A stretch of 63,907 nt of DNA, filler included, from Dirinaria sp. TL-2023a (Eukaryota): the NCBI GenBank assembly GCA_051941275.1. It is 3 parts of 3 records of this genome, joined end to end, with 100 filler letters (N's around TTAATTAATTAA, not from the genome) between each part and the next. Parts side by side here need not be neighbours in the genome. Positions count along the whole stretch, not along the records: positions 1 to 21,807 come from JAVEBF010000245.1; 2 more parts are not named here. One strand, written 5' to 3'. A program made the translations under genes and the position numbers. The first letter of the stretch is position 1. Each line of letters starts with the position of its first letter. The notes beneath the pieces are model-generated. The model was not told where the DNA came from. It saw only the letters and a list, made by a program, of their open reading frames with translations, and ran no database searches. Shown here piece after piece: positions 1-11,529 of this stretch.

Positions 1-1090
1 TTTATCTATTTCCAAGGTGTTGGTGATCTGATGGAGCACTTCTTTGGGGCACACTTGAATCGGTCCGTGCTCCGTCATTCATGCTGTGAAGTAAAAGGAA
101 TACACCAAGGGATTCCACCTAATAGCATCTTGATACTGTAATATCTGAGGCTTTCATCTCTTGTATTTGCCTTCTGATTTTTATATGTTCGCCGAGAATG
201 TACAGAAACCTTCGTGGCGTTATGTTGAATGTTGTTGTGCAGATTTCCGTACTGTGCGCACGATAAAAGAGCTATGATGAGTCACTAACTAGCTTTGACA
301 AAGAATGAGGAATCAGGAAGAATTTTTGCCGGCATGTATCTAACAGCGCCACTGCCATCGAAGACAAAATCACATGAATGCTTGTCGAATGAATTTTATC
401 GTATCTGTCTTTTCTCTTGATTACACATCAATACAACTGTCAATTACGTAGAAAAGTCGACTTTGATGACATGAAGTCCGAATCTACATCGATCCGTGGT
501 CAGAAGCTCGAGTCATGACTGTCACCATGCGGGCATCATTGAGATCTCTTGACTTAGCTCACAATTGGAACAGGCTGGTAGCCGGCACCACGTACAGCTG
601 GATCGGGTCACCGACGTGGAAGATGCCACAACAATGAAAGGATCGCGTGGGTAAGGAAAAGAAAGATAAGGAGGTGATGGACGTACCCAGACAAGGTACC
701 TACCTAGCTCAGGTAAGTAGATGGAGGTGAAGTAAGACTTGTGATGTGGTCTGTAATTATGCATCATATGAATTTTTTCAGTATCGAAATGGGCATCTCA
801 GACATGCATCAAGACGCTCTGATTTGAGTCTGATCGAAATGCATCGACCGTCTCATTTTCGAGTCCTTCGTCTGAATTTTCAATCTGATCCTGTTCGACA
901 GATCGTCAATTAGTTCAGTAATCAAGTAGGTAAGCAGTGGAGACATTCTTGTTTCATATTTGATCATGCGCTATGTCAGATAATTCAAATTATCTCGACA
1001 GTCGTTACGAACGTGATGTTGATTGATGATCTCGAACCTGATCATGCATTTATATTGGATAATTTAGATTATCTCGAAATTAAATGTCTT
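1..1090. repeat. Degenerate AT-rich repeat / transposon relic
   Basis: No credible ORF; GG/CC-poor, TCGA/TGA-rich stretches; shares an exact 20-mer (578-597) with the similar region at 36535-36554. Confidence 0.4.
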
Positions 1091-1103
1091 AGTTGTATCC
1101 TTA

Positions 1104-1223
1104 CCTTACGTTAGGTACCTAAGGTACCTCGCGGTTGGCAGAAAAAATGGGACACTTTGAGTGAGGCTTGGCGCGTTTAGTGTCCCATCTTTTCTGCAAA
1201 CCGAGAGCCTACCTAATGTAAGG
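1104..1223. repeat. Imperfect inverted repeat (hairpin / mini-MITE-like)
   Basis: 1128-1156 matches the reverse complement of 1179-1207 (26/29); outer arms 1104-1117 and 1210-1223 match 13/14. Confidence 0.85.
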
Positions 1224-1544
1224 TACCTTTTGTTGTGTCCATGGTAAAGTAAAGTATCTTATGAGGTAAGGTAAAGTATCTAAGATAAAGTACCCACCCC
1301 AGGCATGGGTATGCGGCGAAATCAAGAAGCCGCCCTCCGCCCCTCCAACCTCCTGCCCCACTCGTAGCTTCACGTTGCATAAGAAAGTTGAACGATTTTC
1401 ACCACATCCAGAAATAGCCACAAGTACCTACTTTACAGCTTTTCCATCCACCAGAACCGATCCTATACCTCGACAACAACACCTTGCGCGCTGTTTTGAC
1501 CAAAAGTTCTTTTCTGGAGCGACTTTTACAGTCAAATACTGGTG

Positions 1545-2299
1545 ATGTCGTGGCAAGGTAATTCCAGTCCTTGCCAGTCCCCAACCAATTTCAGTAGTAG
1601 TTGCTGCTGCTGCACAGGCATTGCTAATGTGGTTTTTTTTTGGCCCATAGCATACGTCGACACTAGGTGGATATTGGGAAACCACCAGCACAGTCTGCGA
1701 CCAAGCTGACTTTGTCAACAGCCTCGTTGGTACGGGTAACATTGACAAGGCCGCAATCTTCAATGCCGAGGGAACCAGCGTCTGGGCCCATTCTCAAGGC
1801 TTCGAGGTATGTCCAACCGTGCCTAGCAGGGGCCCATCTGAGTGAGGGAGGGACTCGCGGAAAAGTTGCGAGAAATATGGTTCGCCCTCCACGAGGCTGA
1901 TGCTCGTGAGGGATGAAAAGCTTTATGTTTAGGTGCTAAATGTACAAATAGGTTGCACCGGCTGAGATCAAAGAAGTGGTCGCATCCTACACAGACAAGG
2001 GTGAAGTGAAGAAGGTACAAAGCGACGGATTCCACGTTTCCGGCAATCGGTATGTCACAATAAAGGCCGACGACCGGAGTCTGTACGGCAAGAAGGTATG
2101 GGAGATTCAGCTGCGCTTTTCAGTTCGTTGTTCAAGTGGAGATGCTGATTACTATCGTGTCTAGGGCCGAGAAGGCGTCGTCATAGTCAAAACGACTCAG
2201 GCCATATTAATCGCGCACTACCCAGAGACGATACAGCCAGGCTCAGCAGCCAACACGGTGGAACAGCTTGGTGATTATCTCATCAGCGTGGGCTATTAA
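1545..2299 (+). CDS. PFY1: Profilin (5 exons)
   Basis: Spliced reading [23 protein letters not shown]...[55 protein letters not shown]; canonical GT-AG introns; classic profilin termini. Confidence 0.95.
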
Positions 2300-2613
2300 A
2301 ATGCACGAGCTTTCACTTCTTTTTGATGCCATGATGACGCTGTACTCTACTTGCATGATTTCCTCATGAGGGGAGAGGGCAGATAGATAATCAAGGTGAA
2401 AGGAAGGCCCATAGCTGTTCATTCGTCACCTATAACCGCCTCCGTTTCAATGCGTGCCCCAGAGTGCAGTGATGCAGAAAGGTCGTTTCACGTACATCAA
2501 TCTGCATCATGCCTTGAGCCTTGATCGTTCCTCCACAAATGAGAGCTCATCAGAGCCTGGTATCCCAACAGCGCTGTCGGTGTCATCTCTAAAATAAATC
2601 GCTGTGCCTCCCC

Positions 2614-3327
2614 TTAGACCGGCAATTCGGCATTCCTCCGTCCTCCGCTCGCTTTATTGAAGATGATTTGCAGATACGGCCCTATGATGGGTATGTTTCC
2701 CGCGAAGCTTCCAATGGTCGCGAAGAAGTCGCCGAAGAGGACGAAGATCCCATAGAGCTCGATTAAAAAGCCAAACAGCGGCCATCGTAGCAGGATGAGG
2801 GCGATGCCGGATGTGAATGCCGCCGTGCCTTTAAGCTTCTGCCGTCGCGCGAAAAAAACCGCCGTCTTTTGCAGGCCGATGATGAGAACGAGGCCGAATA
2901 TAAAGAGTATCTACAAGCCGGAGCGTGAGTAAAAGGTTATGATGGTATTTGGACAAAGCATGCATTTCCCATAGCGAGCCTGAAAGAACGAACTTATTAT
3001 TGGGAGACCGTTGGTGCGCGCGGGGAGGGATTCTCACATGGCTCTATCGAAGAATAATATGACTCCACCGATCAGGAAGAAGCCGCCTTTTCGTTTTTCA
3101 TGGGCTTTTCGTCAGATAACTCCACCACATATATATATATCGGCGCGCGCGCGCGCGCTGAGGGACCAGAAGGGGGGGTGGCAACCTCATACCTACCGCC
3201 GGAACAGAAAGCAACTCCAATCTCTATTATAAGGACACATCGAAGTTAGCGCGCGACTTCTGCAAAATAATCAATAAGTGTGTAGGTAGAAATTACTTTG
3301 CGAGTCGGTCAACCACATGCTTGACAT
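2614..3327 (-). CDS. GOT1: Got1 family Golgi transport membrane protein (multi-exon)
   Basis: Spliced reading [44 protein letters not shown]...LIELYGIFVLFGDFF...IPIIGPYL...[16 protein letters not shown] is the Got1 signature. Confidence 0.9.
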
Positions 3328-4517
3328 CTTCTTAAGTACGAGCGGAGAGCGGCACTCTCCTTAGATGTTTAGGAGGTTTCTCTTGCGAATATTGATCCAA
3401 GTTCATGAGCAAGTTCATGTGCTCAAAGAAACAAGTCTGATTATCACCCGTGTCAACATTGGATATATTTGCATAATTAATGTACCTTACAATTGGCGAA
3501 ATGAATAGGTTTATGACAAGTTTTATGCAATACGATACCTAGCGTACGGTATTGAAGTACGCTCCCCGTTTGGGCTTGGCGTGTTTAATGTCCGAGTCCT
3601 TTTGCAGGCCGAGAGAGACCTAAGGTGGCTCACAAACTACATCCATACCCTGTTTGAATTCACGGTAGCACTCTCGAACTACCCTAGATGCGATGCAATT
3701 GTTGCTCGCAATACTTTTGACCATACTGCGAGATACACATTGGTCAGTGAAAGTTTTTCTCTCTTCATATTTGTTATCCAGTCATGGCCTTTGGTAGGCA
3801 GGCAGGCAATTGGGTGTATAATTCGATTGGTTCGTCAGGAGAAACGAGAATTTGAGGGAAGGTAAGGTACGAAGATTGGTGATCTGACGAGAGCGAATTC
3901 CGAGACCTCTATCAAAAGCGGGCTTGAATCTATACATACTATCATCCGAACTTGGCACATATCAGGTACTGGAAGTATTTTCTCAAGTGGAGGCGCAGGG
4001 GAGCGTCTAACGACGGGAATGCGAAGAACCTTGACTCTTGGAATCATGTCGAGCATGTTTTCATTGGAAGCGGAGCTGTACAGACTTTTTCAAACCGCTT
4101 CTACACCCAAAAATTATGCTTCCGAGTCTTCAAATCGCTGGAAGTCCAGCGAGCTTTTTTTACAGCTGCGCCATCCTGTCCAGCGCATTGACGACAGTGA
4201 AATTTTAGGCACTGTAACTGGCTACCAACTCTATTATGGGAGACCCGGTAATTGTCAATATTAGCGCAGAGCAACGTTGCCACGATTAAGCCGGAGCGCT
4301 TCCTTTCAACGTATGTCGAAAGATGTGTATTGGGTGGGAAGAGCTTGACTTCGGTGGCAGTACATATTCCTGCATTCAGGGTGATTCAGTGTTGCCATTT
4401 GAAAGGTACTTAGAGGCCCATGCCTCTCAAGTGGGCACTCAAGCCTCGAATGTCGAGCAACGGGCGCTTGGGCAACGCCTTTTCCTCGATCGTCGCAAAC
4501 TGAAGGCATCCACGCAA

Positions 4518-5090
4518 TTATTTGAGTACTACGTGAGCGCCGCGGGCCTCAAGATACTTCTCAGCTGCGCCTTGCGTAAGGGATCGCACAACCCCGAAAA
4601 CTTCTTTATCGTGATATCTCAGTCTCGTCTTTGGGTCTGTATACGGCGCCGGCAAACCAGTAATATCGCAATAGTGCTTCTGATGTGCTGGATGAAGAGA
4701 CGGAGCGGACTCGATGTTGGTATACGTCGCAATAGGTCCAGCGGAGATGGACGCTTGTAGATTCTTCTCCAGCACTAGTGTAGAAAGATTTTGAGCAGCT
4801 TGAGATATGTTGGAATGGGTTGCGTGACTGTTGGTCTGCAATGGTGTAATAGTGCCTGTGCCTAAGGCAGAGGTAGACGGCTGTGGGGTTGATGATCCGC
4901 TGTTGTCCTGTGTTGCCAGAACAGAGGCGTCTTTTCGAGAAGCCTCCGAGATGATCTGTTTGATATTTTTGTTACGCCGCTGCGAAGGTTTCCATGCTTG
5001 GTTGCGAAACGGCCGAGGTTTGAGCATCAGGTCCAGCTGATCTAGGAGCTGCTGATGAGAATCATCAGATGAGGGTGTTGCGGGCGCCAT
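4518..5090 (-). CDS. IES6: INO80 complex subunit Ies6 (YL1_C domain)
   Basis: ATG at 5090; RRNKNIKQI and TYTNIESAPSL...YCDITGLPAPYTDPKTRLRYH...YLEARGAHVVLK match Ies6/INO80C. Confidence 0.93.
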   Translation of the reverse strand: MAPATPSSDDSHQQLLDQLDLMLKPRPFRNQAWKPSQRRNKNIKQIISEASRKDASVLATQDNSGSSTPQPSTSALGTGTITPLQTNSHATHSNISQAAQNLSTLVLEKNLQASISAGPIATYTNIESAPSLHPAHQKHYCDITGLPAPYTDPKTRLRYHDKEVFGVVRSLTQGAAEKYLEARGAHVVLK

Positions 5091-5364
5091 TGCTGAGATC
5101 AATTCTTCAGTTCCTAGGCTCACATTTCACCACCCACCATTCTATCTAAGGTATCTATGAATTTCTTTCAGTACATTACCTACAGGATCATAATTACCTT
5201 ACATTACGTCATTAATGTCAAATAACGCTAGCTACCTTAGGTCATATTCCACTGTGATAGATGTAAGGTACGCAACCCAAATCTCGAATCTCCAATACAA
5301 GTCTACGGCATCTGTGCTGGTATGTCACTGTCTAAGAAGCAACCCTTCTAGTGAAGTCCACGCT

Positions 5365-5822
5365 ATGGTTTGTATAAATCCTGAAGGTTGCTAAGATTGA
5401 CACCTCATTGATACACCGCAACAGGAGAGCCCACATGAGCATCAGCAAAGCCTTCTGTTATCCCGCATTGTCAACAACGTGGTATGTTGTGCCGACAACA
5501 TCAAATTAGAAAAATTTTAACACAGGGATAATTATCAGGAGAAGCTTAATGAAGCAATTATGGTGATGAACAGGAACCTCCAGGTTTGTATTTCAATTGA
5601 CAGACAGCTATGTTTACGGATTGGCGCTAATGCAGGTACTGCGGGTCTTTCATAGGAGATCAATGTCCAGAACATAAACGTTGAGCTTGTGGCTCAGATG
5701 TTCAAAAACTTTCGTTCCAATGTATTATTTCATTTAGAAGGTAGGCATGGCACAGGACTCTACAGATATCTGAACGTCGACTAATCAACTCAGCAACGGA
5801 TAGCTTGCAAGAACCTACTTGA
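5365..5822 (+). CDS. DAD4: DASH/Dam1 kinetochore complex subunit Dad4 (5 exons, absent from ORF track)
   Basis: Spliced: [72 protein letters not shown]; all introns GT-AG; resembles the Dad4 pattern MENPHE..ILSRII.NV.RLNE...FNLEAT. Confidence 0.9.
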
Positions 5823-6233
5823 TGGGTTGATAGGAGATTTTCCAGGGGTGATGGTCGATGGGGTTCGGCTATCAGGACAATAAAATCCGAATTAATAGTG
5901 TACTCTCGTCTTTGATGATTATGCCCGCTGCTGTGAATGTATTTAGGATGAAGCAGTAAAATGTAAAGAGTATATCATGGCACTACATGATCGAAACTAC
6001 GACGTTTATCAAACCTGAAACTCTCCCTAGTAACCAATTCGTAACTGAATTAAAGATCTAAGGTTATCAGCACTAATGAACGCAATTCATTAAGATAATC
6101 ACATCTAAGTTAACCAAGTCGGCTCTTCGATAAACCTCGGTCGGCATCACACAATGCCTGCCTATTGTTCCGGCGACAGAAGCGCTGCTACAAAATCCAC
6201 CTTGACTTATGAATAATCTACGTCGGTCCCATC

Positions 6234-8709
6234 ATGACTGTGACGTTAGCGCGCTACCTTGAGTCAAACCTGCGACCCGAGTCTCCCCACGATAGAGAGG
6301 TCTCCAAGCCGCCTCCACCTGTCTGGTCTGCAGCCGAATCGCCGTTTAGAGGTTATCAGCCAGCGGCATCTGGCGGCTACCAGCAATCCTCAGGCGAAAC
6401 AGCGATTGTATTAGACAATGGTAGGCTTGGGCGAGAAAGCAATCTCTTTGGCAAAGCTAATGTAGTTGCAGGCGCAGGACATGTCCGAGCTGGGTGGTCC
6501 TTCGACAAATCCCCGCGAACGTCATTCCCCGCCAACGTGGCGAGATATAGAGACCGAAAAATCAATAGGACTGTTTCATACGTTGGATTCGATGCCTTTG
6601 CCGATGCCACTACGCGTGGGCAGATCCGGAACGCGTTCGAGCCTGGGAGTAGTGTGGTGAGCAATTGGGATGTAATGGAGGGAGTACTTGACTACACTTT
6701 CGTTGGGCTCGGCCTCGACCAGGCAAATGGCGGCCTCGATAGACCGGTACTTATGACAGAACCATTGGCCAATTTAGGATATACACGAAGGAGTATGGGC
6801 CTCAAATCTAGTCTGGGGAATTTCACAGCGCTAACGACGAGTAGCGATGACCGAGTTGTTGTTCGAATGCTACTCGGCCTCATCCTTGGCCTACGGTATT
6901 GACTCCTTGTTCTCATACAAGTATAACAAAGGCAGGAGTGGGTTGATTTTATCATCGTCTCACACGTCCACCCACATTATCCCTGTGCTGAATTCGAAAC
7001 CGATTCTGTCCAGCGTCTCGCGTTTGAACTGGGGAGGCTCACAAGGAGCCGAGTACCTGATAAAGCTTCTCAAGCTGAAATATCCTACGTGGCCTGGCAA
7101 GTTTGCTGATTATCAGGCCGAAGAAATGATTCGGCAACATTGCTACATAGCCCAAGATTTCGACAATGAGATCCGGCATTATCTGGACTGGACGGGTCTA
7201 GAGGACCGGGATCATATCATCCAATATCCTTACACTGAGCATGTGGTGATAGAAAAGACTGAGGAAGAGCTGGCCCGCATTGCGGAAAAGAAAAGAGAGG
7301 GTGGCCGGAGGCTCCAAGAGCAAGCGGCAAAAATGAGACTAGAGAAGCTAGTAAAGAAAGAACAGGAGCTTGACTACTACCAGAACTTGCAAGCACGACT
7401 TGCCAACCAAACAAAGAAAGAGATAAAACGCTTGCTGGACGAAGACGAGTTCAAAGACGAATCTCAATTGGATAAAACAATTAAAGAGCTTGAGAAATCT
7501 ATTCGGAAAGCGCGTAACAAAGATGTTGGTGGTCCAGAAAACCCCGAGGAAGAAGAGGAGGTGACCTTTCCTTTGCTTGATGTCCCTGACGACCAGCTTG
7601 ATGAGGCGGGGCTAAAACAGAAGCGACATCAAAGATTGATGAAATCGAATGTGGATGCACGCGCTCGTGCCAAGGCCGAAAAGGAGAAGGAGAAGGCTCG
7701 TGTTGCAGAAGAGGAGAGGATAGATAACGAACGCCGGGAGAATGATCTCGACGGATGGTTAGAGGAGCGTAGAGCAGCACGAACGGTGATTACTTGATTG
7801 CCATTTATCAATCCCCTACAACTAATTTAGGAATCCAGGGTATGCTACAGAAGATCAAGGAGAAAGAGAAGCTTAAGGCAGACCTTGGAAATCGTAAATC
7901 ACTTGCGAGTCAAATACGAATGAAGACGCTGGCGAGCCTTGCGTCTGACCAACCTGGTCGTAAACGGCGACGGGGCGGCGACGACGATGATTTTGGCGCA
8001 AATGATGAAGATTGGGGCATATATCGGACAGTAGCGACTGGCGAGCAAAGCGACGATGATGAAGACGAGGATCTCGATGTTGGATTGAAAGGTGTCGAAG
8101 CGCAGCTGCTGAAGTATGATCCGACCTTTACAGAGAACAATACCAGAGAGGCGCAAAGCGACTGGACCAAGAGTCTTATGCACGCTTTCCTTCGAGGGCC
8201 GCGGCCGTTCAATCCAGAGAGTCAACAGGAGATACACCAAATTCATTTGAATGTGGAAAGGATCCGGGTTCCGGAAATCGTGTTTCAGCCTGCGATTGCA
8301 GGGCTTGACCAAGCCGGCATTGTCGAGATTGCCGGGGACATTATCAACCACGGCTTGTCCAAGCCGGTGGAGCGAGATAGCGTTCTGCGTGATATTTTTC
8401 TGACCGGGGGCAACACTTTGTTTTCTGGTTTCGAAGAGAGACTCCGCCGCGAATTACGAGCAGTCTTACCTATCGACTCGCCAGTGGCTGTACGCCTTGC
8501 CAGCGACCCCGTCTTGGATGCTTGGCGAGGTGCTGCACAATGGTCGCAAGAACCGGGCTTCAAACAGAGTTCCGTCACTAGGCAGGAATATTTGGAGAGA
8601 GGGCCGGAATACATGAAGGTATGCTTTATGCAACATATGCTCAGTATGCACATGGGAGACTGATAATTTGATGCAGGAACACAACTTGGGCAATGCCCAA
8701 AATGTATAA
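6234..8709 (+). CDS. ARP5: Actin-related protein 5 (INO80 subunit)
   Basis: Actin-fold motifs (IVLDNG, NWDVMEGVLDY, LMTEP, ERIRVPEIVFQP, FLTGGNT, LDAWRGA) plus the Arp5 charged insertion; last exon EHNLGNAQNV* at 8677-8709. Confidence 0.95.
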
Positions 8710-9058
8710 GTCACAATGCATGCTGTCCCTGAGACTAAATGACATTGAATCGTACAAAGACAGTCGGCGCAGTGCGACAAACTTATCATCAGCTCCGCGT
8801 TACTGATATAGGGTCCTTCGGTATGTTGAAAGCTAAGCAAAAATTGCTTTGATAGCCTATGATGCTACGCAGATCATATAATAATGCTGGAGGGAATCCC
8901 AATCGCCATACGCCGTCCACCACACCGTCCATCATGCAGCACACCTTCTTTACACCGACAAAACGCCCAAAAAAATTTCCACCACTCAAACGTGACAAGC
9001 CCGTATCACGGCCTCTACACTGTGTACGGGAATCACGCGGCAAGCAAGGGACCCTACG

Positions 9059-10150
9059 TCAACTACCCACGTTGGATTTGTTGTCAGCTCGAGATCTTGA
9101 TGGCGGCTGATTGCTCCCGCGGAAGATGGGATCGTCCTGCTGCTGGCTATTTCCAAGGTCTGCCACAGCTTGAGCAGCTGAAGCTTGTAACTGGCTGACG
9201 GCTGACGTTCCCATTGGCGCCGTCGGTGCCTGCATTTGCTGTTGCGGGACGGCGCCGGGTCGAGGGAGGTCGATATTCGATGGAGGCTGAGGACATTCGC
9301 CTTGGGACTCAATGAGGCGGGACTGAAGACTAATGATATAGTCGCGTAGCTGATAGTTCTCCGCTTGAACGGCCTTGTAGCTCTCATGAAGATTCTGGTA
9401 GTCCTTGACCTGTGCCTCGAGCTGTTTGATGTGACCCTCTTTCCTCTGGCGGAAGGCACGCTGTCGAACAGTTAGCAGGCTAATCACGCAACGGTGCGAA
9501 TGGACCACGCTGATGCATGTAGCGGATCATTCCAATATCAACGAAGTCATGCATTTGCTTGACTCGTGTGGTTGATGACAAAGATTGGTCACGTAAGCTC
9601 TTTGTCAGGAGTCTTGAGCCAACCATCACGCTCAATCCTGGCCTTGGTCCGAAGAATTCCTCCAAACTCTACCAAGAATTCAGAGAACATACCTGTGCAG
9701 CTCGGTTTTGTGCCGCGCGTTTTGAAGTGGAGAGCTCGCGCTTGCCGTTCTTCCTCCCATCGCTCGTTGCCCCGTTATCATCACCGCCGCTCTCGCCGGC
9801 GCTGGTATTCATCATTCCGCTGCCTGCAATGGCCGGGTCAATATTGTGGTCGTGCGGACCGGTCGAACTTTGGGTTGGTAGACTATCAACTTTCTGCTGC
9901 TGAGGCAGGTGAGACATCAACTGTTGAGCAATGGCTAGTCCCAGAATCCTTTTTGTCAGGACAGTTTCTATATTTCGACCTCTTCTACTCTGGAGAGAGC
10001 CGCGATTACTAACCTTGATCAACGCTATGATCCTGTTCGTATCGCCATAGGTCAGCTATGCCACTAATCATTCCCGGGTTCACTGCCTGGCGGGCTTACC
10101 TGACCACTCCGCATATTGTGCGGTGCGGGAGCGAGCGTTGGCTGCTGCAT
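9059..10150 (-). CDS. kapC: bZIP transcription factor, KapC-like (AP-1/Yap-type basic region)
   Basis: Spliced N-terminus MQQPTLAPAPHNMRSGQ|DHSVDQA|IAQQLMSH; basic region RELSTSKRAAQNRAAQ|RAFRQRKE; zipper ...QAENYQLRDYIISLQSRLIESQGE. The 3' end is uncertain. Confidence 0.8.
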
Positions 10151-10728
10151 CTTTTAATGAGTCTCCAAAAGTAGCAGACACCGTTTATCTCTAGCCGTCG
10201 AAGGAGACTGAGAGAACACTTTCTCTCTCTCAGCAGGAAACAATCCGCGATATCCAATTTGGCCAAGCAAAAGATGACTGCAAGTGTATCTCTGGTGACA
10301 GTGGCAAAAGCTATCTTCAAACCCTTGCTGCCATCCACGCCACACAGAAGGACGTTTCAGCTCCCGACCGATATATGTGTCTAAGGGGATCTTAAAATGT
10401 GACAAGCGAGCATAGATTCCTGTTCAATCTCTCGTGTCTCAACGTCGCGCTGCTGTAGATTTGTACAGCTTAGGTAAGATTGATGACAAAACCATCTCGG
10501 AAAGGAATCTCGCTTGTGCGGCGCTTATCCTCTTTCGGCTTCGCGACCCGCTTCCGATTCCGAGGTGGTTTTTGCACCGAAGGAATCTAACGGTGTTTGT
10601 AGGGTGTTTCTGGCTCCGCGCAATTTCACTCATTAGTATTGTGACTGTTGATGTACTGTACAGTATGAGCGCTGTGGTTCTACAGACTCATTGATCACGA
10701 AGTGACTTCGCTTATCATTAATAATTGA

Positions 10729-10794
10729 TGAGTCACGAGAGTCAACTACTTCAAATTTTCGTCAACCGTTCCAGGGTTCGTATTCGCTGACTCA
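10729..10794. promoter_or_regulatory. Two AP-1/Gcn4(CpcA)-type sites TGAGTCA / TGACTCA upstream of the bZIP gene
   Basis: Perfect heptamers at 10729-10735 and 10788-10794, about 600 bp upstream of the kapC ATG. Confidence 0.4.
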
Positions 10795-10988
10795 GCTGGC
10801 TCGGCTGATGGGAAGTAATTTATAGTACAGATACAACTCCTCTAGAGGCCTGGGTCACATGGCAGCTGTTGTAGGTATGGATGTAACACAATTGTGAGGC
10901 AGGATGACAATCCACATACTTGCCAGAGCCATGGAAGGAATCTCCCGAGCCCGCTACGGGCTTCGTTTTAATCCATATCTTTACTTTA

Positions 10989-11529
10989 GGGGACCTCTAA
11001 TGGTACCCGTGTTTGGCTAATCGTACCCGCCAAGCCGCCAACCCTAAGGAATTTTCAGGGTTGATCTAAGGTTACTACTAAGCACACACAAATCAAAGAT
11101 TTCCAACATCCACACACCTTCTGCACCTACACCTTCTCCACCTACATCTTTTCCACCTATATCTTCTCCATCTACATCTTCTTCATTACTTCAAATCTTG
11201 TCTTGTGGACTGTCCAGGTCTGAGTGCATGTCCTGATGAATCTGACTTGAAGATGAAGGCATTAATCGCGCGAAGCAACTTCACATCTGTTGCATATACA
11301 CGTGATCAATTTACGAAGAACTCATCGCTATCGCAGACTCGATGAACATATAGTTTTCTACAATAAATGAAGACGGCGATCGCTCCAAGATGCAGAAGAT
11401 ATGTACTTGATGTTGGAAATCTTTGACTTGTGTGTGCTTAGTAGTAACCTTAGATCAACCCTGAAAATTTCTTAGGGTTGCGGCTTGGCGGGTACGAATA
11501 GCCAAACACAGGTACGATTAGAGGTCCCT
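10989..11529. mobile_element. Non-autonomous DNA transposon (MITE), ~130-bp terminal inverted repeats
   Basis: GGGGACCTCTAATGGTACC...TTTCCAACATC (10989-~11110) is nearly the reverse complement of GATGTTGGAAA...GATTAGAGGTCCCT (~11409-11529); flanked by TA (or TTA); no ORF; internal ~15-bp tandem repeats. Confidence 0.9.

Noticed and set aside
7217..8840. Multiple antisense ORFs over ARP5 (likewise over catalase, MFS, THO2, CPA1)
   Set aside because: Shadow ORFs of GC-rich coding DNA with no recognisable motifs.
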